Assembly: GCA_904063045.1 (NCBI GenBank)
Contig: CAJFCJ010000004.1
Coordinates: 1,357,713-1,421,712 of the forward strand
Direction of reading: 5' to 3'
DNA length: 64,000 nt
Source: Dimorphilus gyrociliatus
Taxonomy: Eukaryota > Animalia > Annelida
Below are positions 39,201 to 52,100 of the stretch, piece by piece (position 1 is the stretch's first letter; the number at the start of each line of letters is the position of its first letter). A model generated the notes under the pieces. That model was given only the letters and a program-made list of their open reading frames with translations, searched no databases and was not told the DNA's origin. The position numbers and the translations under genes were made by a program.

Positions 39201-42200
39201 TGAAAAAACATGCCCTCAAGGTTTAGCAAAGAGATTTACATTAGTGAATGGGCTAAAAATTGAATGTGAATTTTGTAGCTGTTCTTGTATCGTGAGTAAC
39301 TAAATTATATACACTGCAAATAGTAAAAATTAACATGTTCAACAAAAGCTTGCGAAAGGATGCGTAAATGACCTTCAATGTGTATTTAAACATGATAATT
39401 CACCAAAATGTTCTCTTGGTAAGTCAATTTCTCTTTTTCCATATAAAGAACTTTAGTAAATATTTTCATTATCTCTGTTTTAAATAGAAAGAAGAATATG
39501 TCCAAAATTCGATACTTGCAAAACTTTTTGTCCAAATGGATATAAAGTAGACAACAAGGGATGTAGAAAATGTGAATGCCATAATCCTTGCGATGTAAGA
39601 TTATAATTTACTCTTTTATAGTCATGATCGACAAGATAATTTTACAAACAATTTTTTTACAGTACATTACATGTGAAAGAAATTATAAATGTGAACCTTA
39701 TTTCTTATCTTGTTCTTCACTTCCTTGTATTGTCAAAGAAGCTGCTTGCATTCCAAAATGCCAGAGTGAACAGCAAGTGGCTTTACGGACAGTTTATAAT
39801 AATCCAACTGAGTTGTTTATGATTCCAAAGTATACATATTCAATTACTATATTTAATATATATTTATTATAATCGTTAAATTATTTCAGCTGTAATTATG
39901 AAAAGCATACATATGATACTTCAACATGTATGTCCAACACTGGCGTTTGTCTGTGTACATCTCCGAATGGTCTTACACCTACATCGAGTTTATTTAGACA
40001 TGGGAATGTATGCAGTAGAGAGTCTGTTGATAGTTTAATGGACTTATGTCCCAAAAATACCTTTGTTCATATATGCCCAGTAACACTTTGTACAATGAAG
40101 TGTTGTCCTGCCTATCCTCAAGCAGAATGCCGAATTAACCCTTGTAATGGTTGTAAAGCTGAGTTTTATGTTGGAAAGGATAAAGTTGACTGTTTCGAAA
40201 AATCCACCCTCTGTCATAGACAATATGCTGAACGAGTGGAACAAGCTGTTCGAATAGGCGAGCAACAAATGTTTACTGATCCATACTGGCAAATTCTCTA
40301 TTACAAATTGCATGTTCTTCCATATCATATTTCAACGAGTATTCGCTATAAGAAAAATTCCCCATCAAGCGATATGGGCTGTTCAGTTCAAGTGGAACTG
40401 AACATTAATAACTATTTAAAAAGCACTGTAAACGAAAAATACATTGATGAACTTCAAACTGATAAAATAGTGGTGGGCCCTTATCTGCCTAAGTGCAGAA
40501 AACTAGGTGATAATACTCACAACGGCTTCCTGTACAAACAATGTAAAACTATAGGCGACAAAGTTCTTTTTTGCTTTTGTGTTGACAAGTCAGGAAATGA
40601 AATACCTAAAACTCTTAGTAAAGATCCAAACATGGAATGCAATAGTGATGGTATAATCAAAGGAAAAGTTGAAATATGTCCAAGCGGCAAACCTCAGCAA
40701 TCTTGCTCAGAAAGGTGTTTGAATACTACTTGCAATGGAGAAAATTTTTTCACTGACTGTAAAGCCAGTCAATGCGATGACTGTAAAGTTGAAGTTAGCA
40801 ATAATCTCTTTTCATGTTCAAGTAAGTATTGTTTTTTACTTTACTTTCATCTTTTCAACTTTCAATATAACGGTTCATTAGAATCGACAATGGAAGACGT
40901 CTGCCAGCTTCCGTTTGATGAAGGATATACCTGCTCAGATGGAAAAGTTAGAACTAAATGGTTTTATGATAAAACTCAAAAGAAATGTTTGTCATTTAAA
41001 TATAAAGGATGCGGGGGGAATAATAATAGATTTGACATATTTAATCAATGTGCCCTTCTTTGCAGTAGAGGTCGGTGTTTATTTTTTTATATTTCTTTTG
41101 GTATTTATACACTTTAAGCTAATTTATTACATTTTCATTTTGCATATTAGAGAAAAAATGCGACAAATTAGAACCTTGCCAAGATTCAAATCTTATTTGT
41201 GAAACATTTCCAGAGGCTGTTTTAGTTTTCGATTGCTTATGTAAAGCATCGTTTATTAGTCCATTAAGCACTTTAGCTGTTGACTGCAAGGGAGAGCCAA
41301 AGGGACTTTGTTTCAGGAGAAATGCTCAATTTTCTTCATTAGATGTTTGGAAAGAAATAAGGTAAACCCTTAAATACGTATTAAAATTTTGATACCATCA
41401 CAAAATATTACAGATTCGCGGTAGATATGATATCGCAATCCAGATATGAGCTTTTTTCAGCCTATTATAAATATCCTGAGCTTTCCCGTTATTCATGCAC
41501 GGCTGACGGTAATTTTGAATCAAAACAGTGCATTGGTAATAATTGCTTTTGTATTGACGAATGGGGGATGCCTCTTGAAATATCCTCCAGCGGCTCAAAC
41601 GAAAATATAAGATGCTGTAATTATTTAAAAACTAACTTAAGCACATTCCCTGAAATGAAGTTTTTTCTTTACAGTAAATAAAAAAACCATATCATTGGGA
41701 TTCTTAGCAAATGTTGATTCGACAATACCTAAGAAGTAAGTAAAAGTTAATAAGAGAAAATATCATAGCTAACTACTTCATTTTCTTAAAATTTGTCGTT
41801 TTTTCTTTTTTAGAACTATCGAAGAAGACATTGCAAAATATTTACATTTACCAACAGAAAACGTCAATCTCTTTAGAGATGTATGTATAGTGTATATACA
41901 ATATATAGAATGTATATAATTTAATTTATTTAATCCATTAGTATATATAATATACACCTATCTAATGTGGCTTTTGTGCAAAAATGATTTAAAGAAAATC
42001 TTTATTACGCATTTTATAGATTAAAGAAAAAGACTCTTTCTTATTACAATTGACTGCTAACGACAAGAGTCTACCTGCAAAAGTCGATGTTTTATACCAC
42101 CTTGTAAGTATATAATCATATAAATAGTAGAGCATAAATTAAGTTACGTGATTTTAGATTAAACATAAAATACTCAAAGGAGTTCGTTCAGTTAGTTTTA

Positions 42201-43287
42201 TGAGCGAAAAAACGCAAATAATACCTGAGGAGACTACAATACCACCACCAACAACTATAATTCCAACAACGACTAGAGAACAAACTACTACCGAAAAAAC
42301 CACAACCATACCAGCAACTACTGAAGAAAGTACAACAATACAAATAACAACCTCTATTAAGGAAACTACAACATCAAAATACATAGGTAACATTTAATTT
42401 TATTATAGATCATTAGTTGATCTTATGAAACCAAGATAAAAAAAAGCTATAAGGATCTTTGTGTTTGGCAATTTTTAGTAAATTAAGTAAACTTGAAATA
42501 TTTAGAAGAATGTTGAATTCTCTTTCAGCTATAAAGCTAATTAGCAAATAATAAATGAATTTTATACATAATCTAGAAACAACAAGTAAAACAACAGAGA
42601 AAGAACGTGAAAAGACTACGCCTGGTAATTAATAATGTTGCTTCTTTTATATTGAAAAAAGTATTCTCATTTTTTTTTAACTTATTCGAATTAATTGCAG
42701 ACAAAACGACTGCTACAGCAAAGATAGGTAAAAAAAATTAATAATAAAACTATATCTTCTCTTTCCAACTTCAAGTAACTTATGCAATATATAGTATATA
42801 ATTTATACATACTAATATTATATTAAATAATTATATTCAGAGGTAAATATATCTAGATATAGAAAATGACGAAAATCCGTCATTATGATTAAATTATATG
42901 ACAAGCAGGCTTTTCTTGCCTGTAATAAGTACTTTTATTCAATTATAAATATATTACAAATCTTGTTTATGTTATAGTATTCATACAATATCTTACTTGA
43001 CATGAAAATATATAGGCATGTATGGTATATTTATTCTTGTTTTAGGAACACCTACTGCTAAAGCTGTCAAAAACGAGGACGACAATAATGACAAGCTCAT
43101 CGCCGTCTTATCCGCTGCTGGGGCTGGCCTCGTAATCTTCATTATAGTCATAATCGTTTGTGCATATGTATGTATATCAAATAAGATAATTACAATAAGA
43201 TAATTTACATTATATTATCGTCTTTTTAAGAAATCTCCCGGAAAGATTGGAAGAAAATCACAATACCAAGTTGAAACTAATGCTTAA
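28589..43287 (+). CDS. Giant multi-exon type I membrane protein: 12 Ig domains (three L1/neurofascin-like quartets), about 11 antistasin-like repeats, 6 thyroglobulin type-1, 2 Kunitz, 6 copies of an unnamed Cys-rich module, tentative SEA-like domain, Thr-rich mucin stalk, TM and short tail. First confident exon starts at 29074; signal exon 28589-28636 is tentative.
   Basis: About 50 short GT-AG introns join in frame where checked. EGLYSCLVRNKYGTALS (L1/neurofascin Ig1-like), GERINQDENG|NLIFSYV (Ig2-like), C..GF....GC..C.C..DPC (antistasin), QC...CWC/CFCVD (TY), F.Y.GCGGN.N.F (Kunitz), TM LIAVLSAAGAGLVIFIIVIIVCAY, tail KSPGKIGRKSQYQVETNA* (stop at 43285-43287). The tentative signal MFRDILLFLLLLLSNN ends in phase 0 and I could not join it directly to the phase-1 exon at 29074. 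Confidence 0.85.
30229..30270. repeat. (GA)21 microsatellite in an intron of the Ig gene
   Basis: Direct read of the sequence. Confidence 0.95.
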
Positions 43288-44175
43288 AAAGCAAAGCTTG
43301 TTCCATAAAGTTTATACTTTTTTAATTTCACAGTATTCTTTTATAAAAGTTAACTTTCTAACGCTTTCCAGCTCTATAATCAATGTGAAAGCGTATTTTT
43401 ACACTATGCTTAACATCTGTTTCTTGCAAAATATATGATCCAGCAAAAATACAAGTTTAATCTTTATATGAAATATACATAGATTTCTAAGTATACTCTT
43501 TTAAGAGACATCATATATAGTATATGGTATATTATATACCTTGTAGATTATGTAATTAATAATGGTTATTATTTATTATATAAACATTGATTAGTTAGTA
43601 AGAGAGAATGAGAAAAAAGGCTATAGTGTACAGGTTTCTTTGCTTGACAAACAATTCTCGGTTGATTTCTAGGGCACTTTATCAAGGGAAGAAAAACAAC
43701 AAAATTGTCCAAGAGTTTCATTATATCAAGTAAATATTGATCATACAGTCCATAATAGTCCTATTATATCAGACTGTAATAATTAAATTTTTGAGTAGAA
43801 CAAGAAAAGAAAAAGTAATTAAAAAATACGAATTTTATTATTTAAAAACCAAAGATATCTTATATAAAACTTCTCATGTACTCAGTGCAGGTGTTAAGCA
43901 CACGCTATCATAGTAAAAATTTGCTAAAATAAATAACTATATACATTATAACTGCATGTATATACTGTATAATTCACTGTACATATATAGATTTTATGCA
44001 TAATTTTTAAAAATTCACAGGTAACTTCAATGTGTTAATAAATTTACTAAGGTTTTATTCAATTGTCATTGTTTCTATATCCAATTACAGTTATAATTGG
44101 TATGAAACCCAAATTTTCAAGCATGTTTCAATAAGTGAATACTATTTGCTTCGACGTTTCTTCTTTTGGTATATT

Positions 44176-47100
44176 TTACAAATTTTCACTTTTACTTCTA
44201 CCACATGGGCATTTTGAACTAAGCCATCTATATATTGGTTTTAAAGATCCCACATCGTTCTGTGGACCTAATATGCCCAGTACTGTAGAGAAAAATCCTA
44301 AAGCCCACAGAATTGAAAAACCTATAGTGGCAAACATAAAGGCGCCAAATTCAACAAAAAATAAAATTTCAGCTAATAGTAAAAAGAATGAGGCTCCAAG
44401 TGTTGTAGTGGCTCCGGAAAGAACTGAGACACCAACTTCAGTTAACATATCTCTAACTCTGTCTTTCCGTAATCTGTGAACTGATCTCGAATAACCTTCG
44501 GCCAAATGCACAATATAATCGACAGCCAACCCTACGACTAGTACTAAATTCAAAGATTCCAATAATCCAAGCTTCCAACCAGCAATTGGCAATACTCCAA
44601 TTACACATACTGTAACACAACCAATAGTAAACGTAGCCAAAAGACCAACTATTACATTATGCGTAGCAACAATAAGAATAGGACAGGACAAGCCAATACC
44701 AATTGCAATACCAGTAACAGCTGAACCTACCAATTTCTATAAATTTAAAAAAGAAATAATAAGAGATAAAATTATCTTTTCACCAACAATTTTACTTACA
44801 TTTTGTACTTGTAGCCAATGCCATATAGAATTTTGACCAGTTATTGCTGTTTGCCATACGCCCTTTAATTCTTCTGGTAGACTTTCTCTCTATTGCAATA
44901 AATTCATTATTGATAAGCCTACAATTTTTTTATTTAAATGACAAAGCTTACTTTTTTATTGATAAAATCTTCCCATTTATCTCTAACTGGCAAACCTTTT
45001 TCAAATCCAATTCGATTTATTTCAAGTGTTGTATTTATAACAATAGCCGCATACTTTAGATGAGTTCCATAGATTCTTGTCTCATCATTCTTTTGGTAAG
45101 TAACACTACCATCCAATTTCTCTTCTCCCAACAGGTCGTTGAAAAGTATAAAGTCGTCAGAGCGCTTTGCAAAAGGAGTTCCAGGAGGGGGAGTATTTCC
45201 ATTAAATAGCCACCAATTCATAGCCAATTCGAAGTGTTTGTTGACTGCTTCTCCCTTTAAATTGTTTCTTTTGTCATATAGGTCGGTTGTGTCGGTATTG
45301 AAAATATCATTAGCAGAATTAACATCAAATACGTCATATGATTTCGACAACTTCAAAGGTGTACTCTAAAAATTAATGTACTTTTGTAATTTCTTAAATG
45401 CTACGAGAAAAAATGTAAAAAAAACCAACCTTGTAAAAGCTTTTCATATTATCTATAAAACACAAGACCTCTGGTTTATCTTTGTGATTAATATCTGTCC
45501 GAATATGCAAATCGCTTATTTCATCAGGCGTTAACGCTTTTAATTCTTGACAAAATTTAGTAAGCCCATCTTGTACAGATTTTTTATTTAGATTAAATTT
45601 GTTATCCCAGTTCTGCACTCCGTTACATTTATAATCTGTATGATAACAATCCGACCTATCTTGCTCTTTTAGACCAAAAGCGAGGTATACGGCAGTAACC
45701 CTATCACGGTTTCCCTTATATTCTCTGCTCAAATCATATAGATATCGTCCATAATTGCTGCTGTCTTTTAAAAATTTAGTCTCTTCTTGATTTACTTCCA
45801 AAGTACTTGCAAAGTAAATGAAAGCAGCTAAAAGTCCCGCATAAAATACAAGAATAAACCATTTAGCAATTTTATGGGTAATGAACTTATAATATGGACC
45901 AGCAAAGAATCTAACAATAAAATTCCGTTTAATATTATCATCTCGTCCTTCAGGTGCTTCAATAGTACCACCAGTCAGCTCCCTATTGCAGCAACAACAG
46001 CACTTAAATTTACTCCAGAAAAGTGTGTATGTTACAACCACGCATGGAAAGAATATAATAACCGAAAGATAATTGACAACTATTAGAATACCAGAAAAAA
46101 CACCAAAAGTATAAACGGCCATAAATGGTGAGGTTGCTGATACAATAAAAGCTAAAGCTGTTGTTAGAGACGTATAAAACATAGCCATTGTTGCCTTTCG
46201 ATAGCAATGAGATAATCGATGTGCCATAGAAATGTATTTATGATGTGCAGATTCTCTCCAAGTGTCATAAAAGACAAACACGTTATCAGCTCCTATTCCC
46301 AGAATAATAAATATCGCTAAAACGTGAAATATGCCCAAATAGGTAAAACGTATTACTCCATTATATAGCAGATTTGTGATTAAGAAACTATTTAAAATTG
46401 AAAAAACTGCCCATAAAGTAATCCAAACAGATTGAGTTTGAATCAGCATAAACACTACAATAAAAAGCATGGAACCCAGTGCCAAGCTTAAATCTCTAAA
46501 TACTGTAGATCTGATTTTCACTCCTAGAAGAATAGGACAAAAATGATAAAATTCCATATCCCCAACACCATTTTTGAAGTAATCATCTCCTATATCTATT
46601 TAAAATGAAAACATAGAATTAGAAATGTATTTTAATTAAATACAATAGTTATTATTACTTGCGAACTCTTTCAACAAATTTTCATATTTTGTGTTCATAT
46701 CAGTATCATCATCATTATCCTCAGGAACTCTATCAAAGCCTTTTAATGGTCCACCTATATTAATTCTGATTCTAGTTCTTGATGAAAATGCTCTAGTTGG
46801 AGTTATTTCTGCATCTTTGCTAAGGAAATATTGAGTCTGTGCTGCTGTTTTATCATCTTTACTGGCTGCGTATATTCTGCCTGCAATGTCGCTATAGTCG
46901 CCATCTTCGAATAATGCCAAAACTGATGTGGGATATGAACACTTATCATCCGAACGTTTTAAGCAAAAAGAATTTTTATAGTCATCAGTATTAATATATT
47001 TGTCTTGAATCTTTTTAATTAGTTTGAGGTTCTTTTCCGTAAAAACGTTGTTATCGCCAGACGCCCCAACAAAGTTTAATTCCATGAAACTATAAAAAAT

Positions 47101-49085
47101 AGTTTGTACCTTTTGTTTGGTGTTCTTATCTTCTCCTCTTGAGATCATGTAATCCGGTTTGTCCCTTTCAAACCAGGCCATCGATCTTAAAAAGTGTTCA
47201 TCATTAGTAATGTCGAGCGGTAATCTGTCAAAGACGATGGGAAAGATATTGACTCCTCCAGCAATTAAGATGAGCGTGAGAACTGCGAAAAATATATGGG
47301 CTCCAAGAGTGATTCCTGTACAAAAAGGAAAATAATGATAAATTTAGCATATACTATCTCAAAACACAATTAAAAGCAATATAGATCATTCATAAAAAGA
47401 ATCGTAAAAAGCTCAAAAATTAAGTTATAATTAGAGAATATTTATGTCAATGCGTAATAATACCGGATGAAGGATTTTCATTATAAATATATAATTATAA
47501 TAATATACTTATATTATTTATCTTTAAGACAAATAAGGGAAAAACATCGAAAAATTATTATCATTAAAGCAACAATCCGATTTTCCTAGACATGCAAAAA
47601 ATAGATAACGACAAGCAATTATTTCATTTATTTTAATTATATTTCATGTACTTACAAAGGATTTTTATATTTATTATTTTAAGTAAATATAGATATAATA
47701 TATATATATATATATTAATTATGTATGTATGTGCTTTCGTGTTGTGTGTAGCGCTTTCTCGAATCCTTTATAAGTTTGAATAAAATAAAAAGAAACCTCA
47801 GTATAATAAGATATAAAGAAAAAGGAGGAAAACTTTGTTACATCTGTAAAGATATGCAAAAAAAAAAAAATTAATAGAAATGTTTATGAAAAGAAGCTTT
47901 TTTTCTTTCTTTTCTTTTATCGAATTTCCTCATATAAAATTGGCAATTTTCTACATATATAAGCAGTTTTTTTCTCTTCAATAAACTGGTCTCTATCTAT
48001 ATATGGTTTATTAAGGTTTTCTACCTGTAATTTATTTATTATAATGTGGGATCAGATAGGATCCAGTCTATTATAAATAAAAAAACATTTTATTACAATC
48101 AATAAAGTATCGACGTTTAGTAGAAAGCATACCATGAGCCAAGCTAATTGATTAATTCAAGTTACATGATTTAAATTCATTTTCTCGTAGATTTTATAAC
48201 GTTAAAGATTACTAAAGACGTTTCCCTATTAACAACTAATAATAAATGAGGCGTAAGCGTCTTAATTAACAATCTGAAACCGCCATCAAAATTTTGTAGA
48301 TTTTAGATATTTCATTAGTGTTAAAGAATAGAATAAGTCTTAAAGTACATTCTTATTAATACATACTTAAAACTAAAAAAGAATTATGAATAGTTATTCT
48401 AACTATATCTTTACAGCAGTATTTATGTTCTTTTTCTTATTATATAAAAAATGAAATATTGACAAATTATATTTCGAAAAGCACATAAAGATATTACCTA
48501 TTTCTTGGACAGATTAAGACGTATCTATTTCCCCTTATCGTTTTCTGGTAAACTTGAACTAATATTCTAAATTTTTAGACGCTTAGTTTAATATAATTGA
48601 CCTTGGAAAAGTTGTTCAATATCTATTAATTACAATAATTGAATATTCATAACATGGAGAGGGAAGAAATATTAATTTTAATATCGTAGTTAATGATTGC
48701 GAAATTTAACGAATTTGGATCAAAACTGAATGTAATCCATCTAAATAGAAAGACAAAGGAGTGATGAGCTGCTTAATATGTTTATAATGTTTACCTATAA
48801 AAAATTTCTACTCAAGAAGATAATAATTTAGAAATACATACCAAAAGCCAATTTTGGTCGATCTGTTATAAATTTACAGAATCTTAGTGGTTCTTGATCC
48901 ATTTTCTTCCTTAATTCTTCATCAACCGATGTTTGACCCTCGAGAGGTGCAACTTTAGGTGATCCATTTCGTTTATCGAAATTGTTGATTCCATTGGATT
49001 CCTTCTGAGTTGGTAATGCCTCATCGTACAGGTTTGGTGGGATTTTTTCGTCGTTAACGAAAGCAGGGTTATTATGCGTTTCCAT
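44176..49085 (-). CDS. Dispatched/Patched-domain (RND, sterol-sensing) 12-TM protein, DISP/PTCHD-like, 1043 aa; exons 49085-48842, 47315-46659, 46595-45430, 45365-44952, 44889-44800, 44736-44176
   Basis: Exon lengths sum to 3132 nt (1043 aa plus stop) and all junctions are GT-AG in frame. TM4 ILGIGADNVFVFYDTW, TM5-6 AMFYTSLTTALAF...SPFMAVYTFGVF, TM10 LESLNLVLVVGLAVDYIVHLAEGY, and VGVSVLSGATTTLGAS. Confidence 0.92.
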
Positions 49086-49127
49086 TGCTCTCTATTTCTC
49101 GTCTAACAGAAAGCCTGGTATAAACTA

Positions 49128-49177
49128 TTATATACACACACCTGTATCACGTGACAATGAGTCAGCACAAGTGACGT
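49128..49177 (-). promoter_or_regulatory. Putative proximal promoter of the Dispatched-like gene: TATA, E-box, ARE/AP-1 and CRE half-site
   Basis: TATATAA (minus strand, 49134-49128), ATCACGTGAC 49146-49155, ATGAGTCAGCA 49157-49167 and TGACGT 49172-49177, all within about 95 bp of the ATG. Confidence 0.5.
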
Positions 49178-52100
49178 ATTTTACCCTACAGTCCCAGATA
49201 TTCCAGTTTATTTCGACGCTAAAAGTCGTTATACATGGTGATGTTTGAAAATCTTCACTGATTCTGTAATAATTACGGTATTTTGTATACATATGACACG
49301 TAAAAACCCTATTTTTATTATTATAAAAAATAAGTACCTACATACACATAAACTAGAACTGCTTTTAAAATAGAACATGTAGGACACATCTATAACCGGG
49401 GTCCAAACGACGTTAAATATTTAAATGAATTTATACAAAATTCACAGTAGATAGATTATTCGAAAATGTAAAATACAACACATTACATTTATAAAAAAAA
49501 TTTCACTCTAAAACTATGAAATTTATCTTTGTTATACTGAATACATTCGTTGAATAATCATTACTTAAGAGAATTAACATCTTACGGCGTTAGTATCTCT
49601 CTTATTTTATCGATTATTTAATTCAAAAAATTCGAAAAGGTCTCCTTGTAAAATGCATAACATTTTCAATGTAAATGACATCCGATGATATTAGTTTGTC
49701 TAATCGTAAATAGCGTAATGTTTAATACCCTTTTAATAGCTTATCATAAAAATATCTTTTAGACGTAAGAGACATCTATTTCTGTGTTACTTTATTATTA
49801 TTATTATTATTTATGCTATTACCCTCATTTTTAGTTTCTTACTTTACTAGTAAATTTTTTATTTGTATCAGCAAATAGAAATTCTATAAGTTAGAGTTTT
49901 GTAATTAGATTATTTAAGCCTAGTATATCTTCATTGTTTTGATGAGGGATCATTGTAACATTCTCTTAATGAATAGTTAACTAATTGATACCAGTGTATC
50001 ATATATTTAATTAGAAGATGTTGCTATGCACCTCTTTGCTTTATATTTTCTCTTCATTTGTGCATTCGAATCAATGCATCTAATAGAGCACCTATAGTAT
50101 ATCTGGGTTAAAGGTGGTTTTTACTCCGTAGTATGTCATTTAACTTGAATGTATTGCTTGTTTATGACTAATAGGTCACTTAGCTTTCAGAGTATTACCT
50201 ATGCACTAGATTTTTGGTGTAATGGTAACCTTCTCCGATCTCGAATGACGACTGCATAAAATTATAGCTCTGACTCACTGCCCTGTGCAGGGTATCCTAT
50301 CAATGAGTCATTAAGAGCATACAAGCTTAAGCTCACCTGAGATTTACTTTTTTTGAATTAGTAAAACCGCCAAAAAGAGAATATATAGTTATTTTCTGTC
50401 AACAAACAAATGTTCCAAATTGAAATTCCTGTTTTGAATGCATTGAGAAAAAACAATAATATTTCCTTTTAATGATAAAATTATTAATTAAAAAATTAAA
50501 TACGACAATATTTTAAACACTTTCTATCAAATCTTATGCAATTTTTTTACACACAGATAGTGTTTTTATTTCCTTAAATTAGAGAAAAATCATTCATTAT
50601 TTTCTCGTTTTTACTACCAGTTTTCACCTTGACAAATATGGCGGCAAATTAAAGAGAAATAATGCAGACTATTTAAGCATAAACATTATATGATATAAAA
50701 CTAATATATAGATAATTCAAGTGTTTAGTTAAATCGGTAAAACTAAGAATAATTTCAAGTTTTCATCCAATATAAATTCAACTGAATGCAAATAATCTAT
50801 TTGCAATATGTTTATGCCTACATATATACATTCATTGATAAAATTTTGCACCCAATCGTTCAACGTTTAGCTAGAATTGATTAGTCATATTCCATTACTA
50901 CAAAGAGCTGCGCTGAATGAATCATAACAAATTATTAGGGTAACCTTTGAAAAAAAAAAGAACCAATAGAGAGAGAGAGAGAGAGTATAGCGAGTGGAAT
51001 GACTCATTATTGACTTTAGAATATTAACTTAATACCTTAATGCTATAAATAATCACATATTTTATAATTCCTTAACGTTATTAATGAAAAACAGTAAATA
51101 GATATATACACATGTTTAATCAATGTACACTTATAATGTTGAAAATAGACATCTTTTATAGTGATCTTTAAGCTTTGTTGTTGATGAATATGTATGCTTG
51201 GAGATATTTTTGCCATTTTTACTTTTAAAAAAAACAGCACTAATATGTAAAAGGTGTAAAAATAAGTTTTCTCTCATTTTTACTTTGCATTATTTATAGC
51301 TATATTGCACACTTCGTTATTTGTTATATTAACCCTATAACATGGGCGTGTATTGCGATAATTTTGTCAACTATAGTTTGCAATATAATAAAAGATTGAT
51401 CTTAAATAAGATACTCTATGAACTATAAAGTATTGAATTATTTCTATTTGCAATTCTTATATTAAGATCTTCTTCCTTTCATTTCTCGGTATTTATTTGA
51501 GGTTAATTGTGGCAGTCCTATTCATAACCTAGCTTAAGTGTGCACACGCTACATATACATTTCTTTAGTTTGTCGATCTGATTTCATCTAATGCAATGAA
51601 AGTTACTAAGGAAATAGGTATTTTTGTATTCCTATGCTTTTCTTAAATTTGAAATGACCAGATTCTTTTTTTAAAAGGTGCAATAGCAAAATAGATAGAA
51701 CAAACATGTAAAATATGTTTATCGGTTATCTTGGCATCATAGGACGATTGGCATACGCTCTACTATAAATGTTATTGATAGAATCATTAAACGTTAGGTC
51801 ATGGACCTTACCATTTATTTCTTTTTTTACGTTTCTATTTGCTCATAGTTTAATATCATTTGTTTTCAATCTCATAATGATAAAATATATATAGTCTACA
51901 AAATTTGATTCATATAATAATATATGTTTACCTAAATCATATACAATTATTCTCATCTCACTACTTAAATAGGCCTCCTCTCTTTGTCTTCATTTAGCTT
52001 CATACTAAAAATTCTGAATAATTCCTTCAGTTTACTCTTTTAGTTTTATCTTACAAAGAGAACATATAGTGCCGTTATAATTCCAAAATATTGTTAGAAG

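Noticed and set aside
43276-43287. C-terminal ETNA of the giant Ig protein as a PDZ-binding motif
   Set aside because: A terminal Ala is a poor match to class I (S/T-x-V/L/I); too weak to claim.
14124-46207. Numerous short ORFs in the track that overlap the main genes on the opposite strand or in another frame (for example 14124-14348, 14958-15173, 22547-22828, 24362-24607, 40044-40328, 44135-44479)
   Set aside because: They are shadows of real coding exons and have no recognisable motifs.
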